From Magallana gigas (Eukaryota), in the NCBI RefSeq assembly GCF_963853765.1, contig NC_088853.1:28458001-28522000 (forward strand): DNA of 64,000 nucleotides, given 5' to 3'. The notes below the pieces were generated by a model. The model did not search any database. It saw only the letters and a list, made by a program, of their open reading frames with translations, and had not been told where the DNA came from. Position 1 is the stretch's first letter. Every line of letters begins with the position of its first letter. Shown here one piece after another: positions 1 to 10,800 of this stretch. A program made the position numbers and the translations under genes.

Positions 1-167
1 GTAAATTAAAAAATCATTGAAGTAAAAAAGGGAAAGAGACAAGAAAACAGGATCACGTACCTTACTGTAATTAAATAGACTATAAGACTGATTTTGAAAA
101 CAAATGATAACATTAATTTTTATACAGCAGTAATGTTATAAATTAGTATGTTAAAAATTGAACCTAC

Positions 168-371
168 CATCTCGTCGATGGATTCGCACATTATTTAAGC
201 TATATGGTTTCCCTAAGTCTACCTGAAGCCGAGTTTGTGTCTGGTTTGTATTAGTGCGCGAACAATTAGGTTCATTGAAATCTAAATTCCAATCATCAGC
301 TAATGCTGCTTCGTGGCCTTGATATGTTGAAATCTGTAATATATTTGTTGTTTTTCTTCTGGAAAGGTGTT
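168..371 (-). CDS. Gene A: single exon encoding the N-terminal half of an F-type lectin (fucolectin-like) domain; the rest of the gene lies beyond the window start
   Basis: Translation EHLSRRKTTNILQISTYQGHEAALADDWNLDFNEPNCSRTNTNQTQTRLQVDLGKPYSLNNVRIHRRD aligns with exon 2 of genes B-E (LQVDLGxxY motif). AG acceptor at 372-373, GT donor at 166-167; 204 bp, phase 1-1. Confidence 0.8.
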
Positions 372-1174
372 CTATACAAAACGAAAGAAAAATATTAACT
401 AGGAGTACAATAAAATACATTAAGGAGAATTGAACACTTATTAACATCTGCATATATTGTTTTGAAAGTGTTATCATGTGGGGTTTTTTTTCAGCCATTG
501 TTTTAAATGTTTTGTAATCTATATGTCCGGATATAAAGTTTGCACATATACACACCATTCACATAATTTATTTCAAGCTATATAGATAATATTTACTATT
601 GATCAAATTTCATAATGTCAAATATGATTACGTTATAATTTGACTATTTAAAACATTTGAAAACAGTGGGATTTTTCGCTAAATAAGTATAGTATACGGC
701 AAATACATTTCATTACACATTCTTATAAAGATAGCATACATTTATTTATAAAACAAATATAATTCGTTGCTCTTCCTTAACCAAAACACCAATTGTGAAA
801 CACTATATTTTCTTTAATATAATATTGCTTTATCAAAACATTACCAAACATTACCCACCCTCAGTCATCAAATGATTCTAATTTTTTTTTTTTTTTTGTT
901 ACAAATGATACAGTTGTTACTTTAACCTTTTAAAAACAATATATTTTGTTTCATATTTAAGCAGTACATACCTAAACAATAATAAATATTGGCAATACAC
1001 ATCAATATTGTGATGAAAAAAGAAAACATATTCAATCCCATGAAAATAATCGTACGTTTTTATATTCTGGTTTTTTTTTTAAGAAATGATATAATAACAG
1101 GAAACTTATTTTTTAAGAGCTAAGTGTCATCGGATGAAAAAATATAAACACATAAATAGAAATATCAGGAAAAT

Positions 1175-1345
1175 TAAAATGAAACGTACGTGTTCTAAAA
1201 GTACTTGAAAATCATTTGTTTTAATAGTCATGCAAAAGGATATCGAAAAAAAATTTATCTAAGTTTGGCCTAAGAATTTAGGAAGTTGGTGCTTTCAATT
1301 TGCGTTTAATTGAGGAAATTTGTCCTTTCCGATTAACAAATTAAT
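1175..1345. repeat. Diverged direct repeat, copy 1 of a ~175-bp block (copy 2 at ~2745-2922)
   Basis: Shared AAAATGAAAC-TACGTGTT...GTACTTGAAAAT...TTATCTAAGTTT...TAGGAAGTTGGTGCTT-CAATTTGCGTT-AATTGAGGAAAT...TCCGAT-A-CAAATTA; roughly 75% identity by eye. Confidence 0.65.
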
Positions 1346-2361
1346 TTACGCTATATAGTTAACCTGGAAATAGTGTCGTTACTTTTCTCCTCAATACAGT
1401 TTTGCAAACCTAGATAATAATAACAATGTTAACTTTAAACAATGAGTCTCATAAAAGAATATAACAAGAGTCTCTATATGACGAAAGGCACCAATTTTTT
1501 TGCAGATAGTAAAAAAAAAGTAGGGACAAATAATATTTGCAATGAAATCCCTAGAACGAATTTATCAAGCAAAGAAAGAAAATATTTTTAAAAATCTGCA
1601 CAGAAAATGAAAATTTAATAAATTAGCATGAATGATAACAAATTAAAAGTCTACGATAGATGGCCCGCTAAATATGTATTCTTTGAATACCCATAACGTC
1701 TGAGAAGTTAGGCCATTCAAATTCATGAGTTGTGCGGTACAATCATGAAGACATGCGTTGTTACCATGGAAGTATTCACTGATTAAAGTATTGATATTGA
1801 TTTAAATCCCGTGATTTAAATGACAAAACAAAATCTAAATTGCATCCCTCCATAGATCGCTCATAATGCAAATGCATTTTCAAGTGATAATTATGAACAT
1901 AGCAATAATGATATAAGAAATTTATATTGAAGGGTAAATTTAGATATTACTATAACTTTGATTATACATTTCTAGCAAACAATGGAGTCTACCTTCTGCT
2001 TTTTATCAAATCGTATTTTTTCGAGTGTACCGGACGCTGCCTTTTGACAAGTCTGAGTGAAACGTTTTTGTTCAATCCCTTTCAGATATATAGACTAAAA
2101 ACAAAACAAGATAAAATTTGAAAACACGTTTGGTTGTGAATTGAACAATGACATTTTTGCCAGAATTTGACCCCGAAAAATAATTTTAAAAAATGAGTTT
2201 AATCTAGCAATTAACAAATATTAAATGAAATTGATATCATTAACTGAAATTGAAAACCTGTTAATATAGTCGATATTGCTTGCATTAATAAACTACAGAA
2301 ACTATAGAGTTGTGTATTCATACATTGGTATTATTATGTGCCACTTTTGTTTTAATATCAA

Positions 2362-2670
2362 AGCAATATGAGCTGCAATTTTCATGATGAAATTTATTTT
2401 TTAACGAAAATATTACTTTCTACTAAAATGACAAAAATATAATGGTTTTTAAATTTCTTTTCGTCAAATTTTTGTTAAAAGGGCCAATAAGGAGCCTTAA
2501 TTCGAGTGAAATTAAATTATTGTCGTCCTGTACAAAAATGTCCTGTATGTTCCTTAAAAATTAATATTTTGTCCAACCTAATTTATAATAAAAGTTTTTA
2601 CATGCAGATTTAGCATACTAGCAGGTTTTTACAGCAAAATGAAATTCTAAAAAATACAGCTCATATTGCT
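2362..2670. mobile_element. Kolobok-like MITE (~309 bp)
   Basis: Perfect 14-bp TIRs AGCAATATGAGCTG (2362-2375) / CAGCTCATATTGCT (2657-2670), flanked by TCAA and TTAA (degenerate TTAA TSD); RR..YY termini fit Kolobok. Confidence 0.7.
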
Positions 2671-2744
2671 TTAAGTTTTTTAAGGCATAATATATAGTTG
2701 AGGTTGATTGCGTTTTGAACACAATGGAGTGATAATAATGATAA

Positions 2745-2922
2745 GAAAATGAAACTTACGTGTTATAATAGTACTTGAAAATAATTTGAATTTAATAAGC
2801 ATGCACAATGATATACATGTATAATGAAATAACTTATCTAAGTTTAGTCTTGGCGTATAGGAAGTTGGTGCTTCCAATTTGCGTTAAATTGAGGAAATAA
2901 ACTCTCTCCGATAATCAAATTA
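2745..2922. repeat. Diverged direct repeat, copy 2 of the ~175-bp block
   Basis: See 1175-1345; on the minus strand both copies end in AACAC|GTAAGT or AACAC|GTACGT splice-donor-like sites. Confidence 0.65.
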
Positions 2923-5900
2923 GAAACTTAATTTAATTGATATATTTTTTAAAAATAATACTTGCGGGTATTTTGGGTTTTTCTGTCGTATACCTCATTT
3001 GATTTATTTAATCACGGTTTCTTTTTACCTTGCTATTGTTGACAACCATGATTCCACACAACTAAATAGAATATTGACAAACAAACAATGTAGCTTAAAT
3101 TTATGTCCATATTTGAAATTGAGCAATCAAGTATGATAATATGTTCAATAAAGTCAGATAAGAACAATGTACATAATAATACATGTAGATGTTCAGTTTT
3201 TTTTTTTAAAAAACAAGAGACATAGATTCCTTGATACAATTTAAAATTAAAATAAAAAAAAAAAGACATAAACATATACAGTAGCAAAAATATAAATTTA
3301 CACCTAAAATGGCTGTGCGTCAAATTATGTTATGCAAATTGACAAATCTCCCGTTCTGTAATACATCTTTACATTACATTAGCTTTAGAACCGTAGTGTT
3401 TCTATTGCTGAGGTTTTCTAAAATTTATATGAAACACAAATAGAATAGTAAAATATAATTTTATGTAACGGAAAGAAGTGCAAGATATTATATTGTAGTA
3501 TGTTCTAAAATCTTAAGGCTATTGACAGGTTTGATAAAAAAAGGACATTGTTAAAACCGTTTTTACTGCACAATTTCTTCTTTTTTATTATCACAATATT
3601 TTACAAAACAAATAAAACAATAATGCTATATAAAATTATTATCTGTAGTAATTAGGAGTAACCAAAGTGGTTTAGTAAAATAAAAAACAAGTATAACATA
3701 CATTTTTTTTAAAAATAAAAGAAAACGTGCAATGCTATGTAAATTAAGTATTTGATTTCAAAGTTATATAAAAAATTTATACCAAAAAAATAAAAACCGT
3801 TGATGAAACACACGGGTGCAGTCATAAGTCATGTTTCCATGCTAACACGGACTGAAGATAAAACACTCAAACTGCACTACTATGATCAAAAAGGGAATTT
3901 AAATGGCTTAATTAATCTGAAAAGTGATTTTCGGTATTTGCTATTTTCATGCTGAATTAAATACATGGTATCAATTAGGTAAAACATGTCGCAATATTGC
4001 TGTTAACAAGAACTTGAGGAAAACTTCCGTTTAAAATTTAAAATAGGGAAATTAGTGAATTTGATAATTACATGGAATAATATCATTTTTAATAGTATAT
4101 AAAGTTAACTTATGTAAGTATTACATAACCAAACGTTCGCAAATAATTTTAAATATTTTTATTTTGTTTTTATCGCACAAATCTTCTGTTTATATTTTTC
4201 AGAAATCATACCGTGATTGCAGAAAAAAACCAACAATACATACATTTTTGTTTATCACCATTAGTAACTAAAATGCCATATCCGCAATAATATTAACATC
4301 CTGTGTACTAATCGTTTAAACAGATCAGGATCATCTGTCTTAGTATTAAAAATCTAATTTTTATTGAGTCCTAGAAAAAACAAATAAATATTCTCATTAT
4401 ATTCTCATTATAATTAAAAATCACAATGTATCTTTAATATCAAAATGATGCATTATAACAACTTTTGAATGTGTATCTAAAAGCATTCATGATTTGTCTT
4501 TTAATGGTACGTTTATTTGTAAATCGTTTTAACACGTTTTTTTTAATTCATGTAAATTATATCTGGTTTAGTTCGTAAATGGTAATCATAAATCTGTACC
4601 CCCCCCCCCCCATTTAGTATTTGCATTCATTATCCCTAAAGTAAACATTATTATCACATCTTAATTTATCTGGTCAATTGATGCAGAAGCCTCATTAGAT
4701 CCGATGACGTGGTCACATGCGAAAGCCATTGCTCTTGCTCTATCGGTACCTTTTTGAAGGGTTGCTAAAAGGTTTCTGATATTTAACTAGCCTTGCTGAG
4801 AGGTCACGACATTTTCTACTTTTTCCGTTCGATGTATGTATTTTGGCAACATTGTTGCTAACAACAATGCGCTAGTTACCTGAAATGTTTACTGGGATTA
4901 TTAAATGTAATTGACATGATTAAACACTATAGAATAGACTCCCCAAGTATGAACCGGACATAAAAAGCCTCTTACTGTATGTTCAGAAAACATATACATT
5001 TTGGTATTATATTTGTAAAATTAAAAAAAAGCTGTTCGAAAGGAAGTGAGTATGGCTTGCATTTAACGTTATTTGTTAATTTTTTCCCGTTATTTAAACT
5101 ATGATATAAATTATTATCATCTACGGAAATAGCACAAGGAAAGTGATTAGTTTGAGTAAAAATAATTGAGGAAAAAGTTTTAAATTAAACTACATCAATG
5201 ATGTTTAACTGAAAATACAACCATCATATGGTACACATTTTAAGATCAATGAGATTCTATTTATAAAGTGTAAGATTGTCACGTATATTAGAGATTTGTG
5301 TTATAGCTAAATACTCCTTTATAGAGACAATTTCTCTCGCTTTAAGAATAAGCATGCCTTCATATATCTATAATTTTAGATGGTTTTATTGTGTAATAAT
5401 TGAAAATTGAGAAAAGTTACAGATCGAGAATATCTACTTTAACCTATGAAATACTATTGATAACAAATCATGAAACACCGTTTTTCTTTATGATATGTAT
5501 AATTAATTAAACTTAGATATTTTCAAACAATTTTTTAAAAATTTTACTGAATCAGAACTAAAATGATTTCCAGGTGTATTTTCTACTATGGGGATAACAT
5601 AACCATTTTACAGTAAACGTGTGATATTTAGTGTGCACAATATTTGGCGAAAAATGACTTTTTAACAAGTTAGCTTGGATAAGAATTAGGAATTATCTAA
5701 ATGTTGTCCTTCTATTATCTATATTAAGGCATAATGCGATGTAGTTGAATTAGCGAAAGCCACTTTCCGCCAAAAGTTAAAATAAATACATGCTTAAATG
5801 TAGTACATTTACATTATGTAACTCAGGTCAATTTACAAGTGACTCGTGTTAACATAACCACATTTTCCTAGAAACCTGGAAACACATAAAAATAATGTTT

Positions 5901-6209
5901 ACTTTGTGTTTGCCAAGACCCGCATTTCAGTTCTTACATTACGGGCGACGAATTACTCTGAAACATGTCTCATCCAGTTTCCATCGTAAAGTATGTAAGC
6001 TTGATCACTTTTAGCTTAATTCTTTGCAAAAAGGTTATGATTTGTGTTTCTAATGTTTTACGGTGTGACCATAAAGACAACCGCAGCGTATCTGCAAAAC
6101 CCATATCACTTGTAAACTTTATATGCATATCACTTCTATATAATATTTAAACAATTTTAAACTAATTAAGACAAATATATGTTGATTTTAATCATTGATG
6201 CTCTACTCT

Positions 6210-6211
<2 letters not shown>

Positions 6212-6269
<58 letters not shown>

Positions 6270-6285
6270 TCTCTCTCTCTCTCTC
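6212..6285. repeat. (CT)n microsatellite
   Basis: Direct inspection. Confidence 0.98.
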
Positions 6286-7722
6286 GTGCTTTTTAATTTT
6301 GGCAAAGCGTCATAGATCAACTTAGTTTTGATACAGATATGTCACTGTCTAAAATGTAAAATGTTAGGAAATGTAAAGGGACTGAATAATTTCGCCGGAT
6401 TGGACAACATGCCGGAATGCACAATATCCGGATTCAACAAGTTTTACTGTGATTGTTTTTTAAACATGAGGTATTTCAAAACAGATGTTTACCCTATTAA
6501 TCACATCGATACAACTGATTTAAGAAAAAATATTGTAGCTAGAATAACACGTTCTCTTTGATGAAAAATAAACATTATTTTAGTTATCGTTAGTCATTAT
6601 AACCTTATGGACTACATGTAAGCATGAAATGTAAAACATATAACTCTAGCAGCACATCACAAAGAAGCAATATTTTAAATTTTCAACATTTGATTAGTAT
6701 CGATTGATGTTAACATATTTGTAAATTTATTTCATGTACATACGTTTTGATACACATGTATGATAAACAGGTCAAAATTTAACAAAGGTAATATTCATAT
6801 TTTTGTAATATCTGTTGAAAATAGAACTAGAAAATGCTTGAATATATAAATAATATGATTTGGTCACACATTTGTTATAAACATATGTTTAACCGGAAGT
6901 GTAAAAAGTCAACTCGAAATTCTTCACCCACTTTCACTCGAATTAAAAAGTTTCAACTGTTAATGTACATAATTTGATTTTATTCAGCATTTTAAATGCA
7001 AAAATTTAGTCGCCTTCTTCTGATTAAAAAAAAGATTAATTCACAGTTCTTTAATAGTTATGTAGATATTAAAGTAATGAAAAGTGTTCTCAATACACAG
7101 TACAATTGTAAAGAAAGAAACAGTAATTATTTTCACGCTAGAACATAAATCAATTATCCCAATATTTTTTTTTGTAATCTTCGTTTATTTCTTTAGAAAA
7201 AGAAAATGAACTATAATACAAACAATACACTGTTTTTTTTCAAATCTACATGTAAGTACCAAAGATTGAACGGTGAAATTTTTATTATTATCAATATTAG
7301 TCCAGTAGAATAAAATGCTCGTGTTTTATGAAACATAAGATATTAAAGTTTTATGGATAATAAAATAAAAGCTGAACAGTATTTCAAGGAAACACATACT
7401 TTATGTTTCGGTCTCGGATTTCAGAATGTTGGCAATTCTTATAGTGTTAATTGGAGGAAAATCATATTTCCGATAATCCATTTTAAAGATGTGTATTATG
7501 TAGTCAAATTATTCTGAAAGGACCAACAAAACATATCCTTGTATTTGATTAAACAGTAAAGATGAAGAGGGAAATACAATTCATGAATTGTATTTTCTTA
7601 ATTTGAGTAAGGTATAGATGAATGTTTTATAGTGCAGTGACGTGTTCAGGTGAAACTTTAGTCTGATTATTTGTGTCAATAATTGCTTCCTCTCCAAATT
7701 GTAAGGAAAAGGAATGTCATTG

Positions 7723-7728
7723 TTTATT
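7723..7728 (-). promoter_or_regulatory. Candidate polyadenylation signal (AATAAA) of gene B
   Basis: TTTATT on the plus strand ~160 bp downstream of the gene B stop codon. Confidence 0.4.
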
Positions 7729-7887
7729 GATATAACATATTGTTGATTGTGAGCGGGAAACAATAGTGACAAATTAAACAATTAGAAAACACACACAAAA
7801 ATGACTTAAACCACCAAAAAATCTAGCTTAAACCTGAAATACAGTTTTAATGTAAAAAAATAAAAAAAAATGTTGTCCGATACAGAA

Positions 7888-10800
7888 TTAACACTCTTTC
7901 TCACAGGTTTGTTCATCAGTATTTTTTTCAGAGGTTTTCTGAATATGTGCGTAATGCGGTTCCGGGCACCCATCAACTTCTTCCTCACAAATGCATGACT
8001 CTTCCTTCGGGTCTTCATTTATAAGTTCTATAGGGTTCAGGTAATATGTTTCATTGCATGATACTCTGCTTATCATCTGGAGACTTGTTGAATCTTCCTC
8101 TGCTGTATTTTCACAAACTTTACATCTGATTTTCCTACAATAGCAGAAAGTTAACATTATGAAATAGTTAAAAAAAATATAATTGTATGTCATAATATGT
8201 AGAATATAAAAATATTTCATCAAAAAACTAAGATTCTATTAAATACTTAAGCTGGGTACAAGGACAAAATCAGTGACTAACGTTCTACTACCCTTCAATG
8301 AAAATCATTCAACTTCAACATTTTATCAGACCTTCTGTACAACGGGACCATCTTATGTTATTTTTAGAATGATTCTTACCGTAAAATGAAAAACATATTC
8401 AAAAGGAGGCTCAGACCCAAAGTCCCGATTACCACATATTGAAAGGTTTCCATGTTTGATTTTGGTAAGTGCTGTACTGTAAATAATGATACAAATTATA
8501 AGTAAAAACAAAAAAATCACTTAAAAAAAGAAGGAAAAAAAAAGAAAACGCCGTTATATTAATAGATAAATAGATAATTTGTTAGATGATTTAAATCCAG
8601 TACCCTGGAGACTCAGTTCTTCTATAACGCTGCATTTGCAACCACCTTTGCATGTTCCGTTGTTTCTATAGCATGTTCCATACAGACAATTTGAGCTGCA
8701 TTTTTTATTACAATTCACACCATAATGATGAGGACTGCAATCTTGTGTTTAATACAAAAAAAACAGAAATATAGAAAAAATAAAAAATGAAGAACTTTCA
8801 GTTCAATGAAACTTCCTAATTGTCACTTCAGAAATCTTTAAAAACAAGCAACAGTTCTACTTTAAAAAGACATTATAAAAAGTCAATAGTGGTATTAACA
8901 ATATTATTTACAGTTAGCTTGTGCTTTTTCATAATCTTTAACAAACATTTCTAAACAGAATACGTAATTTTTAAAATCAGATTTGAATTTCATTTTTTGA
9001 ATATAAACTTTTTTAACTTTTACTGCTATTAAGGGATATATTAGAAATTGAGGTTCACGTAAAAGATGGCAAACACTTTCAACAATACTGTTTTTCATAA
9101 TTAAAACTATTTTATCCTTTCGACGAGAATACATGTAAGAGAACGTGACAAGAAATTTCAATTGATGCACAAAGTGCCTTTATTTTATTTCTATTGACGA
9201 TACACATTAGACTCATTTTAATTTAATCCATATACCTTCACATCTGTCACTCTGCCATCCAAGTTTACACACGCACTGTCCACTGTATTGATCACAGCCA
9301 GATACACATCCAGTGCCACACGTTTTGTCACAATATTCTCCAAACTTTCCTTCTACACAACTATAACAGACTCCGGTATCTTTGGTACAACCAATGGTAC
9401 AGTTAAAGCTGCATCTCTTGGAGCAGTTTAAACCATAATGTGTGGAATCACATCCTTGATATCAAATTAAAAGAAAGTCAATTTTCAAAACAAAAAATAA
9501 CAAAACATATATCAGAAAGAGTTTTTAAAGTTTTTAAAAAGAAATAGTTTACAAATAAAAAAACCCCTCAAAGCTTAACTTTTTCTAGTGTATGCATTAA
9601 ATGACATAAATTGATTAAAAACTTCATTTTTTCACGAATAGTGTCTGCATTGTTGATTGATTACTTGTGTGAGATAAATTGATACACTTTTTAAGAAAAT
9701 TGTTTTTATGTGTTTGACATTTGTTGGGTATATGTTTTTTTGTTTTGTTTCTTTGGGTTTTTTTTTTTTTTTTAAAACTGTAAAGAAATCAATACATACT
9801 ATCGCATCGAGTTCCCATCCAATTTTGATGACATCCCTCAGAGCATGATGCACTTTGTGAGTCATATGACCCGTGTACACACCCTGGACTACACGCATTG
9901 TCGCATGTGTCACCATACCTTCCCATGATGCAGCCTTTACTACACCCACCATTAGATTGATTGCATATATTTTTGTTACAAAATGATGAGCATGTATGGT
10001 TACAATGAATTCCCCAATGACCTGGCTCACAAGTTTCACACAATCCGTTATCTCGGAAACATTTCTGGTCTTGACATTTATCAGGGCATAATGATGCACA
10101 TGTAGAACCCCAGTATCCAGTCTCACATCCAAACGTGCAGTGTCCATTGGTGTCATCACAGGTTTGATTAATGCACATGGAAAAACAATCTGTAATCATG
10201 AATAAAGAAATACTCGTTAACCAACTGTGTAGTTTATTTCGTAGAAATAACTTCTTGACTTTTAAGTGTGGCGTTGGAAGTATCACGTATTGAAAAGATT
10301 ATTTTTCTTGATATATCTATTTAATAGCAGTTTGTGTCTAGCCAATTTAGACAACGCTTTTGCAAAACCCAATACAGATAACAGCAATTATTAAGTGTCT
10401 TACAAGATATTCTACTAAAGGATGAGATTATCCTTCCATCACAAAAAGAGTGATTAGATAGTAGCCAATATGTGAAAAAAAAACATATTTCTTGTCTCTT
10501 TTATTTTTTCATTTTACATTTTGTACGGTCATTTCATGGATATGTTTTACAATTTAATGCTATGCTATGGTATGCAATTTTAATAATATACTATGAGATT
10601 TCATTGCAATGTTATGAAAGGATTATATATGATATGGGCCTAAAATGTCCCCTAAAATGAACATAGTCATTTTAGTCTAATTCTTCGTTTTCCTTGTACA
10701 GATATATACATGTATGTGATGTTTTAATATAATGTTCATTTTTGATTGAACTGCCCACAATTTAGAAATATGACATCGTCAACCTTTTCCCGCCATTTTT

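Noticed and set aside
66-87. 22-nt AG...GT micro-exon downstream of gene A's exon
   Set aside because: Would shift phase and has no counterpart in the paralogues
3033-3115. MDINLSYIVCLSIFYLVVWNH as gene A's signal exon
   Set aside because: Hydrophobic, but the required donor (GTTGTC) is poor and there is no homology to B/C/E signal exons
9632-10159. Alternative-frame ORFs overlapping EGF exons (also 34851..35330, 34240..34488)
   Set aside because: Shadow frames of Cys-rich exons; no domain-like content
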